DNA from: Granulicella sp.
GTDB lineage: Bacteria; Acidobacteriota; Terriglobia; Terriglobales; Acidobacteriaceae
Direction of reading: 5' to 3'
Assembly (NCBI GenBank): GCA_027339965.1
Contig: DAHWNL010000015.1
Coordinates: 45,000-108,999, forward strand
DNA: 64,000 nucleotides
Of this stretch, positions 30,375 through 40,493 are shown in pieces; the stretch's first letter is position 1; every line of letters starts with the position of its first letter. The position numbers were made by a program, and so were the translations under genes. The notes under the pieces were generated by a model. That model saw nothing but the letters and a program-made list of their open reading frames with translations. It was not told the origin of the DNA and did not search any database.

Positions 30375-31436
30375 CTACTCGACCTCAAAGGTCCAGGTGG
30401 TCACGCTCGTGTACTCTTCCCCTGGCTTCAACACCGAGGAAGGAAAGTTGGGATGGTTCGGCGCGTCCGGAAATCTCTGCGTCTCCAGGCACAATCCGCT
30501 CCGCTTCCCAAAACTCACCCCTGACCTGCCCACCAGCGTTCCATCCAGGAAATTGCCTGAGTAAAATTGTATCCCCGGCTCTGTCGTCTGGACCCTGAGC
30601 ACGCGGCCTGAACTTGGCGCAAATAGCTTTGCCGCCTGCCGCAGCTCCCCCACCTTCCCCCGCACCACCCAGTTGTGGTCGTACCCCCGCCCGTTGACGA
30701 GTTGCTCGTTCGGCTCCTCGATCCGGGCTCCAATACGCATCGGCGTGCGAAAGTCAAAGGGCGTGCCTTCCACTGTGGCGATCTCTCCGGTAGGAATCGC
30801 CTCTGCGCCGGCGACCGGCGTATAAGCATCCGCCTCCAGCGTCAGATCATGCCCCAGAACCGTCCCCAAGGCCTCGCCGTCAAGATTGAAGTAGGTGTGG
30901 TTGGTCAGGTTCACCACCGTCGTCTGGTCGCTCCTTGCGAAGCTGGCCATGCGCACCACGTTGTCCTGCAAGGTATAACGCACCCGCACCCGGAGCGCTC
31001 CGGGAAAGCCCTGGTCGCCATCCGGACTGAGCAGGCTAAACTCTACGCCGTCCGGCACGCCGACGGCCTCCCAGTGGCGCTGATCAAAGCCTTCTTTACC
31101 CCCATGCAGCATGTTGGGGCCGTTGTTGATCGTGGTCTGGACCGTTCTTCCCTCCAGCTCGAACCGCCCCTTTGCGATGCGATTGGCGAATCGCCCCACC
31201 ATCGTGCCCAGATACGCATTGCGGCCTTCCACATAAGGCTTAAGCGCATCGTAGCCGAGCGTTACGTCGTCCCACCGGCCTTTTCGATCCGCTGTCTTGA
31301 GCCCCACCACGCGCGCGCCATAAGTGATCAGCCGCAGTTCGACCGCTGCGCTCTTCAGCGTGTAAACATGCACCGGATCGCCACTGGCGAGCGTCCCAAA
31401 AACCTCGCGCGTCACCTGCGTTCTTTGCTCTACCAT
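30375..31436 (-). CDS. galM: Aldose 1-epimerase (galactose mutarotase)
   Basis: 'GRFANRI', 'LHGG', 'NLTNHTYFNL', 'GYDHN', 'GLCLETQ'. Confidence 0.92.
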   Translation of the reverse strand: MVEQRTQVTREVFGTLASGDPVHVYTLKSAAVELRLITYGARVVGLKTADRKGRWDDVTLGYDALKPYVEGRNAYLGTMVGRFANRIAKGRFELEGRTVQTTINNGPNMLHGGKEGFDQRHWEAVGVPDGVEFSLLSPDGDQGFPGALRVRVRYTLQDNVVRMASFARSDQTTVVNLTNHTYFNLDGEALGTVLGHDLTLEADAYTPVAGAEAIPTGEIATVEGTPFDFRTPMRIGARIEEPNEQLVNGRGYDHNWVVRGKVGELRQAAKLFAPSSGRVLRVQTTEPGIQFYSGNFLDGTLVGRSGVSFGKRSGLCLETQRFPDAPNHPNFPSSVLKPGEEYTSVTTWTFEVE

Positions 31437-31589
31437 CCTCTCAGCATAACCCGCGGCTTTCGATCAGCGCACGCGCAGAGACGGGCGAGGGCGGGTCCGG
31501 TCTGCCTTGGCCCCGTTCTCGGCAGCTTAGTCGGGCAGCAACAGCATCCACTCGATCCGCCTGGGCGGACCGCGCGGAGGCATCCTGCT

Positions 31590-31862
31590 TCACATCAGAC
31601 GTTGGATTGCATCTTGAACGTACAGGCCGAGGATGGCCACGGTCAGCGCTCCAATCACCCACAGCGTACCTACCAGATAGGGTCTGATCTTCTCTAGCTT
31701 CCTCTGGATTTCGCTCTGTTCCCGAGCTTCCAGGCTGGTCGCCTGATCGAGGAAGATCTGGTCTTCCTCATAGCGCGTCAGCGTTCCACGGTACCCCAAT
31801 AGAATCAACAAAATAGCGGCTACAACCCCCCACACGATCCACAACACAGGCAAAACGGTCAT
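31590..31862 (-). CDS. Small two-TM hypothetical protein
   Basis: GAGGTG RBS; 'LWIVWGVVAAILLILLGYRGTLTRYEEDQIFLD' plus a second TM helix. Confidence 0.7.
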   Translation of the reverse strand: MTVLPVLWIVWGVVAAILLILLGYRGTLTRYEEDQIFLDQATSLEAREQSEIQRKLEKIRPYLVGTLWVIGALTVAILGLYVQDAIQRLM

Positions 31863-32208
31863 GCGACACCTCGATGCATTCGAATTTGAGCCACCCTCCC
31901 GAACCGAACAGGCAAAGTTTCCCGACATGAATAGGCAGGTCAGATGAGGCGGTTCGCCAGCATCATAGTCCTGTTGTGGCCCGGTTGGCTGTACAATTTT
32001 CACGTTCCCCGCGCTTTGTGGTTCGCCCAGGGACACCGAATCCTGGAGTCGCACCACCTGACTGCCCGGGAGATCCTCTGCTTTCCGGGTCGGCGGGGGA
32101 GATCCTGCCCTTGTCCTTGGCTCCGAACCGCACAGACCGGCCGCGCTCTTCATCCTCACGCAAGCTCACGCAAGGTGAAGAGGGATGCCTGCAGCCCTCC
32201 GGTCGCGA

Positions 32209-32319
32209 TAAAGCGTTTTCAGTGCAGGTGTAACGCGACGCCTCGACCTCCATGGGCGTTTTCCCCAATGAATACGCCACTGCACGCCCTCTCCGGCGTA
32301 CCCAGCAACACTGAAAATG
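32209..32319. repeat. Dispersed ~110-bp structured repeat, copy 1
   Basis: About 85% identical (manual alignment) to 50503-50612; terminal IR TTTTCAGTG/CACTGAAAA. Confidence 0.85.
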
Positions 32320-32538
32320 ATGATGATCGTCCTCTGAACTTTACGTGACAGGAGACGAACGAGGCTTCGATGCCGTGCCGAGCCTCGTCTGGCAGGGAGG
32401 GTACAGGCTTTGCTGCGCTGTTCCATCTCTGTGCCCTGACCTTGACGAGCGTCTTCCCGGTTAAAGCCCCCCCCCCCCGGCAAGTCGGGCCCGGGCAGCA
32501 CCATACACTCAGGGAAAGCTGTAGCCCCGGCCAGCTCA

Positions 32539-32982
32539 CTACCAGCGCACCGCCAGCAGACGTTCGTCCTCCTCCTCACCCGCCGTGATCTCAATCTCCG
32601 CATCGGCCTGTTCCATCACGCTGGCGAACCGGTGACCCCACTCCACCATCAGCAACCCATCAGCCGCCTCAGCCAGCTCCCACAGGCCGATGGAGTCCAA
32701 CTGCCGCTCCTCCTCCAGCCGGTAGAGATCCAGGTGGATCAGCCGGGTCTGCTCACCCGCATATTCATGCACCAGGGTGAAGGTCGGGCTGGTCACCTCG
32801 CGGGCATCAGCGCCCATGGCCGCCGCCAGGCCCCGAACCAGGGTTGTTTTGCCCATACCCAGATCACCCCGCAGCACCACCAGCATGGGCGTTCTCAGCA
32901 TGCCCGCCAGCAGATGGCCCAGCGCTATCGTCTCCTGCGCGCTGCGGCTGCGCAGCCGCCTCTCCTGTGTCCATTGCTTCAT
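32539..32982 (-). CDS. tsaE: tRNA threonylcarbamoyladenosine biosynthesis ATPase
   Basis: 'GDLGMGKTT', 'VTSPTFTLVHEY', 'HLDLYRL', 'VEW'. Confidence 0.95.
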   Translation of the reverse strand: MKQWTQERRLRSRSAQETIALGHLLAGMLRTPMLVVLRGDLGMGKTTLVRGLAAAMGADAREVTSPTFTLVHEYAGEQTRLIHLDLYRLEEERQLDSIGLWELAEAADGLLMVEWGHRFASVMEQADAEIEITAGEEEDERLLAVRW

Positions 32983-34667
32983 GGACTACTCCGAGCCGTG
33001 CCCACAGGCAGCAGAGCGCCGTCCTCGATAAACGTGTCCTTGAGCGCTGCTCCCGACAGCCAGGTGAAACCATCCGCGTCCACCAGCCGGGCGCGGAAGG
33101 CCTGCCACAGATGGCTTACCGTATCCGTCGCCAGCACGGTGTGCTCCTCCTGCGCCTGGCAGGCGAAGTCTCCGGCGAGACCATGGAGAAAGACCGCTGC
33201 TTCGACTGCTTGCGCCGCGCTCTCTGCGGCGTACTGCCCTAACAGCGCAGCGATCATGCCGGTAAGAACGTCTCCGCTGCCACCTTTGGCCATGGAGGGA
33301 TTTCCCGTGGTATTCACGGCCACGCTGCCATCGGGATGCGCCACCAGCGTTCGCCAGCCCTTGAGCACCAGGGTGACGCCGTGCTCCAGCGCAAACCTCC
33401 TCGCCAGACCCACGCGGTCCGCCTCGACCTCCTTGACCGTCATCCCCGCCAGGCGCGCCATCTCGCCCGGATGGGGGGTCAATACGATGGTGCGCGGCTC
33501 ACCCCTTTCGGCGGCAACCTGCGCCGCCCGCTTCAGCAGCGCCGTCGTCCCGGCGAACGCATTGAGTGCATCCGCATCGATGACCATGGGCAGGGTCACC
33601 CGCTCCACAAATCTTCGCACCCACTCCGCCGTGGAGCCCTCCTGCCCCAAACCTGGCCCAATCCCTACCACCGAGATCCCCCACAGAAAGCTGGACAGGG
33701 ATGGCTGCTCCAAGGTCTCCAGGGCCAGCCCTCCCGAACCTTCCGTCGCTAACGGGGCGAGCATCAACTCGGACGCCACCGAAGCGACGACCGGCACAAT
33801 CTCCCGCGGAACCGCCGCGGTCACCAGTCCTGCTCCGGCGCGCAAGGCGGCCAAGCCGGCCATCGACGGAGCGCCCGCCTTGCCAAACGATCCCCCTAGC
33901 AGCAGAACGTGACCCATCCGTCCCTTGTTTGTATCGATTGCTCGCGGCCTCTCCGCGATCGCCTTGGCGCGTCCGCTCCAATGCAGGCCAGCCGACGACT
34001 GGATCGCCTCCGGCGGCGTCCCGATCCCGGCCACCACCACCGGGCCGAAGGTCCTCCCCTCGGTCAGGTGTCCAAACATATGCGCCAGCTTGGGAGCCGC
34101 AAACGTCACGACAGCGTCGGCGCGGAAGGCGCCCGGCGACCGAATCTGCATGGAGTCGGCATCCCAGCCGCTGGGCAGATCGACGGCAACCACTATCACG
34201 CCGTTGCCGGCAAGCATGCGCTGCGCCTCCGCCGCCAGGCCTCGCAGCGGAGGCTTGAATCCGGTTCCCACCACGGCATCGATCACCAGAGCCGCTCCTC
34301 GCAAGGCCTGCTGCAAGGACTGAGCTTCCGTGACTTCCAGAAACTCTAGGTCTTGCTCCTCATCCCGGCGGCGCAGAAAAGACGCCAGCGCGAAAGCCGC
34401 TTCACCCTTGACCTCACCGGCCCTGCCCAGCAGAGCCACGCGCACCCGATGCCCTCTCTCCGCCAGGCGCAGCGCGGCCACGAGGCCGTCGCCGCCGTTG
34501 TTGCCTCTGCCGGCGAGCACCACCACCAGCCCATCGGGGCTCACACGCCGCTCGCAGAAGAGAGCCACAGCGGCACCCGCATGTTGCATCAGGGTCTGCG
34601 CGGATACACCCGCCTCCACCGACCGCCGGTCGGCTTCCCCCATCTCTTCCGCTGTAAGAATCTTCAT
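32979..34667 (-). CDS. nnr: Bifunctional NAD(P)HX epimerase/dehydratase (YjeF-type NnrE-NnrD)
   Basis: 'GRGNNGGDG', 'AVDLPSG', 'GPGLG', 'DADALN', 'TPHPGE', 'GGSGDVLTG'. Confidence 0.93.
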   Translation of the reverse strand: MKILTAEEMGEADRRSVEAGVSAQTLMQHAGAAVALFCERRVSPDGLVVVLAGRGNNGGDGLVAALRLAERGHRVRVALLGRAGEVKGEAAFALASFLRRRDEEQDLEFLEVTEAQSLQQALRGAALVIDAVVGTGFKPPLRGLAAEAQRMLAGNGVIVVAVDLPSGWDADSMQIRSPGAFRADAVVTFAAPKLAHMFGHLTEGRTFGPVVVAGIGTPPEAIQSSAGLHWSGRAKAIAERPRAIDTNKGRMGHVLLLGGSFGKAGAPSMAGLAALRAGAGLVTAAVPREIVPVVASVASELMLAPLATEGSGGLALETLEQPSLSSFLWGISVVGIGPGLGQEGSTAEWVRRFVERVTLPMVIDADALNAFAGTTALLKRAAQVAAERGEPRTIVLTPHPGEMARLAGMTVKEVEADRVGLARRFALEHGVTLVLKGWRTLVAHPDGSVAVNTTGNPSMAKGGSGDVLTGMIAALLGQYAAESAAQAVEAAVFLHGLAGDFACQAQEEHTVLATDTVSHLWQAFRARLVDADGFTWLSGAALKDTFIEDGALLPVGTARSSP

Positions 34668-34949
34668 CGCCGCCTGCCTTGGAACCGGGCCACAGTTCCT
34701 GTGCCTTAAGAAGCGAAGAAGCCGCAGGATGGCCATTCCTGGAATGGGGAAAATCTCTTGGAGGACGTGCCGCTGGGCGCAGCGGCTCCGCTTCCGCCTC
34801 ATCCCCCTTATAGCGCAGGTTCCGCGGCATCGTCGAGAAGCCTCTCCGTGCGCGCCGGAAGCCAGCCAGGAGGAGGCCCAGCGCTCGTCGTCTCGCCTGA
34901 CTACACTTCCAAGCGTCCTCATCCCGAAAGAGTCTTCCGGCGTAGGGCG

Positions 34950-36146
34950 CTATCGCCGCGCATCGGCCACCGTCTCCGTACTCGTCTGTGGAAACACGTT
35001 GTGTTCATACAGCGCGCGGTAAAAGACTCCCGTCATCTCCGCCGCCTTGGGTCCGGAGAGAAGTCCGCCGCCTTTGAGAAAGATCACCGTCACCACTGGA
35101 CCGGAGGGCGCTTGGCCATAGCTCACAAACCAGCCAAATCGCATTCCATCATCCGAACAGGTACCCGTCTTGCCAAACACCGGGAACTGTACAAAGCTCT
35201 TGCGCAGCGACCGTGCGGTGCCGTGGGTGAAGTCCACGGCTCCGGCCATGCCCGGCAGGATCTGCGGGATCACCTTCTGGATATCCAGCACCCGCTTCAC
35301 CTTGGGCTGAAAGTTCTCCACTTCCTGCCGAGAGGCCGGATGCTGCAGGTAGTAAAGCGTTCCGCCATTGGCGATCGCGCTTACCAGAGCTCCCAGTTGC
35401 AACGGTGTCATGGAGATGCTCTCGCCAAAAGAACACATTCTGCCCACGCCACCATCCACCGCCGGCAGAGCCACGTCGGGATACACCCCCAGATGCTCTC
35501 CCGGGATGTTGTACCCGGCCAGCTCGCCCAGGCCAAATTCGTTGGCATAATGCTTGACGCGTTCAAACCCCATGGTGCGGCCCAACACTTCAAAGTAAAG
35601 ATTGATCGAGCGCGCCAGGGCGTGAGTCAGGTCCACGGAGTAGTTCCCACCCAGATTGACCGGCGTATCCGCCTCGACCAGGCCCTCTTTCAGCGCCGCC
35701 AGCGCCACCGCCAGCTTGATGGTCGAACAGGGCTCCGCGCCGGCGCTCAAGGCCAGCTTCTGGTTGACCATCGTCAGAATCCGCCCATTCATCGGATTGA
35801 TGGCCACCACGGTCCCATTCATGCCGTCCAGAGCCTGAATCGCCGCCGCCCGCGCCACCGGATCCTCCCCGGCGGTCACGTCTCCCGCGGTGAGAGTCTG
35901 AATGTCGGCAAAGTTGCTGCCAATAAAACGCTGGGCGTAGAGATGCGTCGGATGGCGCCGCCGGTAGCGCACGCGCGCCAACTCGGTCTGACGGCCGGCT
36001 GCGGAGCCGCGCAGCGCTCGCCGATGCACGGTCGCCGCAGAGCCGTGCCGGTGCTTGTGCCGCACCGTGGAAGTCCTCGCCTGGGCTCCCCAGCAGCAGA
36101 CCAGCCACAGCAGCAATACCGGCAACCGTTTTGCGATCCGTTCCAT
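34950..36146 (-). CDS. Penicillin-binding protein, transpeptidase domain only
   Basis: Signal peptide; SxxK 'CSTIK', SxN 'SIN', 'GKTGT'. Confidence 0.8.
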   Translation of the reverse strand: MERIAKRLPVLLLWLVCCWGAQARTSTVRHKHRHGSAATVHRRALRGSAAGRQTELARVRYRRRHPTHLYAQRFIGSNFADIQTLTAGDVTAGEDPVARAAAIQALDGMNGTVVAINPMNGRILTMVNQKLALSAGAEPCSTIKLAVALAALKEGLVEADTPVNLGGNYSVDLTHALARSINLYFEVLGRTMGFERVKHYANEFGLGELAGYNIPGEHLGVYPDVALPAVDGGVGRMCSFGESISMTPLQLGALVSAIANGGTLYYLQHPASRQEVENFQPKVKRVLDIQKVIPQILPGMAGAVDFTHGTARSLRKSFVQFPVFGKTGTCSDDGMRFGWFVSYGQAPSGPVVTVIFLKGGGLLSGPKAAEMTGVFYRALYEHNVFPQTSTETVADARR

Positions 36147-36415
36147 CAACTCTCTGTCTCAGTGGCTTGCTTGGTTCAAGGTTCTTTGCCAATGCTGTTC
36201 CGGTGGCATGCCTCCGGTTCCAGATCAGCTTCCGCCCAGGCGGCACGATCCGCAATCAGCAGCCCAACCGGCGCCGGCAGGCCAACCATGATCTTCGCCA
36301 CTCAACCTTGCCGTTCAACTTCCACCCCTTTTCAGGGGTCACGCATGGCCACCGAGCTTGCCGGAGAGAAGCGCCCTGGAGTGAGTCCGAGCCGTGCCGG
36401 GCTCCGGGCTCCGGG

Positions 36416-38356
36416 CTATGGTTTGCGGCGCAGAAACGCCGGAATATCCAACTCATCATTGTCCCCGGGAGACTCTCCGGCATAGCCCGAGAATGACGGC
36501 ACTTTGGCGCTCGGCCACTGCGGCCTGGCCGGATCCTCCGCCGGAGCCGGAACCAACTCTTCCTTTGGTTTGCGGAAGAAATCATCATCGAATACCGAAG
36601 CCTTTACCGGCAACAACTCCCCGGAGCCCTCTCCGCCAGCATTTCGAGAATCCTGAGCCTGCTCGACCGCCGTCTCGATGTCAGCGCCCGCGGTCATGGG
36701 CAAAAGCTGCTCGGCATGCGGTCCGGAGACCGTCGGCGCAATGTGCTCGACGACGACCGGAATGGGCGCAGATCCGTCGGCCTGGGTGGGCGGGGAATCC
36801 GGTGCCAATGCGGCATGCGTAGCCGCCTCTATCTCCGAAGCCCCTGCTGGAACAGACGCATCGAACGTCTCAAAGTGGGCTTCCGGATTGGGAACGAACT
36901 CAACCCGTACGCTCTGGTCATGCCAGGCCTGCTGCCGGGCTGTCTCATAGTAGGACGAGACCGGGAAGGGCGCTCGGGAACCCTGCGCCGCCGTGGAAGC
37001 TGGGGTTCCAAGAGAGATGGCCGGGGCGGAGACAGACATCGACGACGCAACGAAGCCCGCGGAGGCTGGGTTTACCTGCGCCTGAGGATCGGGCGCAGAA
37101 CCGCCGCGCGGCGCCTCCTCCGTGGCTCGCTCACTGGCGAAGCGAATGCTCGGCTGGAGCGCCGGCGAGGAGTAGACCACCGGCGGCGCGGGAGCAGTCT
37201 CGCGCGCCTGCCTGGGCTCTTGGGAGTTGGAGACCAGCGGCCGGGCGACGATCCGGGGTGGTAGAACGTCATGCTGCGCGGTAGGCAGCGCCGAGGCCGC
37301 CATCATGCGCTCCCGTCGGGCCGGCATCGCCTCCCGGAATCCAGTTGCGATCACCGTGAACTTCACCTGATCCCCGAGCGCTTCATCCTGCACCGCGCCG
37401 AAGATGATGTTGGCGTCCTCGTGAGCCGCCTCCTGAATGATCGAAGAGGCCTCAATCACCTCGCTCAACTTCAATCCGCTGGAGCCCGTAATGTTGATCA
37501 GGATGCCGCGCGCTCCATCAATGGCTCCAGCCTCCAACAGCGGTGACGCGATGGCCGCCATCGCCGCCTCACGCGCCCGGTCCGGACCGGACCGGACGGC
37601 CGTTCCCATCACCGAGTACCCCATCCCCGCCATCGTCGTCTTGACGTCGGCAAAGTCGCGGTTGATCACCCCGGGGATGGTAATGATGTCGGAGATTCCT
37701 TGCACGCCCTGGCGCAGAATGTCGTCGGCAATCCGGAAGCTCTCAAAAAACCCAGCGTCCTTGGCGGTAATCAGCAACTTGTCATTGGGAATCACGATCA
37801 GCGTATCCACCGACTCCAACAGCTCCTGCAAGCCGCGCTCCGCCTGCATCGCCCGGCGTTTGCCTTCAAAGGCAAAGGGCCGGGTGACCACGGCGATCGT
37901 CAGCGCGCCCATCTCGCTGGCCAGGGAGGCGATCACCGGCGCGGCACCGGTGCCCGTGCCTCCACCCAACCCGGCTGTCACAAAGACCATGTCGGCGCCC
38001 TCCAACGCTTCAATGATCTTGTCGGTATCTTCCAGGGCCGCATTCCGGCCCACGTCCGGATTGGCGCCGGCACCCAATCCGCTGGTCAGCTTGACGCCCA
38101 ACTGCAGCTTGACCGGAGCATTGGATCCCTCCAGCGCCTGCACGTCAGTATTCGCCGAGATGAACTCAACTCCTTCCACCTGGGCTTCGATCATCCGATT
38201 GATCGCGTTGTTTCCACCACCGCCCACGCCAATCACCTTGATGCGTGCGTTGCGGCGCGTCTCTTCCTGATATTGAATCCGGAGGGGTTCCGTCTGGCGA
38301 AGATCGTACGCATCGGAGCGCTTCACGCCCAACGGGTCTTCTGGCAGGTTATACAT
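36416..38356 (-). CDS. ftsZ: Cell division protein FtsZ with a very long C-terminal linker
   Basis: 'GVGGGGNNA', 'GGGTGTG', 'NRDFADV', terminal 'LDIPAFLR'. Confidence 0.97.
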   Translation of the reverse strand: MYNLPEDPLGVKRSDAYDLRQTEPLRIQYQEETRRNARIKVIGVGGGGNNAINRMIEAQVEGVEFISANTDVQALEGSNAPVKLQLGVKLTSGLGAGANPDVGRNAALEDTDKIIEALEGADMVFVTAGLGGGTGTGAAPVIASLASEMGALTIAVVTRPFAFEGKRRAMQAERGLQELLESVDTLIVIPNDKLLITAKDAGFFESFRIADDILRQGVQGISDIITIPGVINRDFADVKTTMAGMGYSVMGTAVRSGPDRAREAAMAAIASPLLEAGAIDGARGILINITGSSGLKLSEVIEASSIIQEAAHEDANIIFGAVQDEALGDQVKFTVIATGFREAMPARRERMMAASALPTAQHDVLPPRIVARPLVSNSQEPRQARETAPAPPVVYSSPALQPSIRFASERATEEAPRGGSAPDPQAQVNPASAGFVASSMSVSAPAISLGTPASTAAQGSRAPFPVSSYYETARQQAWHDQSVRVEFVPNPEAHFETFDASVPAGASEIEAATHAALAPDSPPTQADGSAPIPVVVEHIAPTVSGPHAEQLLPMTAGADIETAVEQAQDSRNAGGEGSGELLPVKASVFDDDFFRKPKEELVPAPAEDPARPQWPSAKVPSFSGYAGESPGDNDELDIPAFLRRKP

Positions 38357-38545
38357 AGGCGTCTCTCCTTGAGCGGTGGTGAATCTCTTTGCTCCATTCT
38401 CCACGGCGGCGCGCCTGAATCGCACGCCTAAGCTCCCTCCTGCGTCGACGGAAAGAGCCAGCCGATGCCTGCCAGTCGTTCCAGCGTCCCACAACAGCAA
38501 CTGCCCGGCCTTATCCTTGGCCGGTTGGAGCGGAAGCCCGCAGAT

Positions 38546-39208
38546 CTACGGGGTGGGCATATGGATGACCACGGAAGCTCCAATCTGCTCCACTCCCACG
38601 GAACTTGGCCCGTCCACTGTGGCCCCGCTGCTGCCGAAACGGTTCATATTGCCAAGGCCCAGCTCGATCGGCCGCAGATCCAGCCAGGACGCCAGGCGCA
38701 CGGAGGTGCCGACAAAGCCCTCATACATGATGAAGTTGTCTTCCAGCCGGGGCAAAGGATAGACGGTGGTCAGGCTCGATCCGAAGGGTAGAGTGGCGTT
38801 GCTGCGCGCATACCCGGCCGAAAACTGCACGTATGGGTTCAACCAGAAGTAAGGTCCGTGAATCGATCCTTTCAGACCCAGCAACACGTCGTCCAGCACT
38901 GTCGTGTCGTTTCCTCCCGCCGAACTGCTCGCCGACTTGTAGGAGTGCAAGGTGCCCCCGCGGAGATCGACCCCCAAGCGCACGGGACCGATGTTGCGAA
39001 AGTCGTAATAGGCGCCCATCAGGAGCCCCTGAGGATAGACTTTGCCATTGGGGTCGGAGCACTGATGCTGCGGATCAAAGCAGGTAATGCCGGTAATTGG
39101 GGTGGACTGATAGCCGAGATACACACCCACCTGCGCCCGTGCCGCCCGGGCGCACCCCAAACCCAGCAACAGGGAGAAAGCAACTGCAACGCTTCTGCAA
39201 AATCTCAT
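38546..39208 (-). CDS. Small outer-membrane beta-barrel-like protein between ftsA and ftsZ
   Basis: Signal peptide ARA-Q; 'LGVDLRG', 'NPYVQFSAG', 'LDLRPIELG', 'IGASVVIH'. Confidence 0.7.
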   Translation of the reverse strand: MRFCRSVAVAFSLLLGLGCARAARAQVGVYLGYQSTPITGITCFDPQHQCSDPNGKVYPQGLLMGAYYDFRNIGPVRLGVDLRGGTLHSYKSASSSAGGNDTTVLDDVLLGLKGSIHGPYFWLNPYVQFSAGYARSNATLPFGSSLTTVYPLPRLEDNFIMYEGFVGTSVRLASWLDLRPIELGLGNMNRFGSSGATVDGPSSVGVEQIGASVVIHMPTP

Positions 39209-39266
39209 ATCCCCTTAGTCTAAAGCAGTTCTCCTTCCCTCAGAACTCGGCAAATAACAGAAGCAC

Positions 39267-40493
39267 TTAGAAACTGCCCGCAAAGATCGACTTTACCTTC
39301 TGAACCCACCCCAGGTCCTCGCTGTCCTTGTTGATTTGGGTCCGATGGGTGTAGAGCAGCATGCCAATCGCGGCGGAAAACTCCGGCCGCGCCAGCTCCG
39401 CGGGCATCCGGCTGAGCGGCACTGGGTAGCCGATCCGCGCCGGCACGCGGAGCAGGCTCTCCGCATGGTCCAGCATGCCCGCCAGAAGCGCTCCGCCGCC
39501 GGTAAAGACACATCCCGCCCCCATGGCGTCCAGCACGCCGCCGGAGCGCAGGTTGTCCCGCAGCATGGTCAGCATCTCGCGCGCCCGAGGCTCCAGAATC
39601 TCCGCCAGAAACCTCTGCCGCACCAACCGCGCGGACTGCCCGCCGGAGGCCAGGTCGCCCCCCACCTCAATCTCATTGAGTTGAGGAACGGCGGTCACCA
39701 CGCAGTTCCCGTACAACTGCTTCAACCGCTCGGCCTCCTCTACACCCACGTGCAGCCCAACCGCCAGATCATTGGTGAAGTGGTCGCCGCCGATGGGCAG
39801 CACCGCAGTGTGCGCCACGCTGCCCTCAAAGAACACCACCAGCTCGGTGGAACTCGATCCAATGTCCGCCACGCAGACGCCCAGCTCACGCTCATCCGCG
39901 GAGAGCACCGCTTCGGCCGCCGCGATACCCTCAAAGACCGTATCCACCACCTCCAGCTTGGCTCGGTTGGCGCAGGTCACCACGCTCTGCGCCGCGCTGC
40001 CGGAGCAGGTGGAGAGGTGCAGGCAAACCTCCAAACGGTTGCCGACCATTCCCACCGGGTCGTGGATCCCGCCTTGATCGTCCAGGATGAACTGCTGGGG
40101 AAGCAGATGCAGCACCTCGCGATCCGGCGCCAGTCCGATGCTGCGCGCCCGGTCGATCGCCGAACGCACGTCCTCGCGCGAGATCTCCTTCATACGGCTG
40201 CCCATGCTGATTCCGCCCTGCGAGTTCACCCCGCGCACATGCGGTCCGCCGATGCCCACCACCGTATTTTCAATTGGAGCCTTAGCGCCCTTCTCAGCCC
40301 GCAGCGCCGCCGCATCAATCGCCTGGACGGCGAGTCCAAGGTCTGAGATCACTCCCCGCCGCATGCCGCGGGAGGCCTCCACGCCATGGCTGCGATACCG
40401 CAGGACGCCATCCACCAGCTCTGCGACCAGAACGCAGCTCTTCGAGCTTCCTACGTCCAGTACGGTAATCAGATTGTCCGTCTTCGAGTTCAT
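39267..40493 (-). CDS. ftsA: Cell division protein FtsA
   Basis: 'LDVGSSK', 'DIGSSSTE', 'GGDHFTNDL', 'EEAERLK', 'FTGGGA'. Confidence 0.95.
   Translation of the reverse strand: MNSKTDNLITVLDVGSSKSCVLVAELVDGVLRYRSHGVEASRGMRRGVISDLGLAVQAIDAAALRAEKGAKAPIENTVVGIGGPHVRGVNSQGGISMGSRMKEISREDVRSAIDRARSIGLAPDREVLHLLPQQFILDDQGGIHDPVGMVGNRLEVCLHLSTCSGSAAQSVVTCANRAKLEVVDTVFEGIAAAEAVLSADERELGVCVADIGSSSTELVVFFEGSVAHTAVLPIGGDHFTNDLAVGLHVGVEEAERLKQLYGNCVVTAVPQLNEIEVGGDLASGGQSARLVRQRFLAEILEPRAREMLTMLRDNLRSGGVLDAMGAGCVFTGGGALLAGMLDHAESLLRVPARIGYPVPLSRMPAELARPEFSAAIGMLLYTHRTQINKDSEDLGWVQKVKSIFAGSF

Noticed and set aside
32467..32478. C12 homopolymer as a phase-variation tract
   Set aside because: Intergenic, downstream of tsaE, not in an evident promoter or CDS; could be a sequencing artefact.
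32632..36485. Long antisense ORFs (e.g. 426 aa and 575 aa; similar ones elsewhere)
   Set aside because: Shadow ORFs of high-GC genes with no recognisable motifs.
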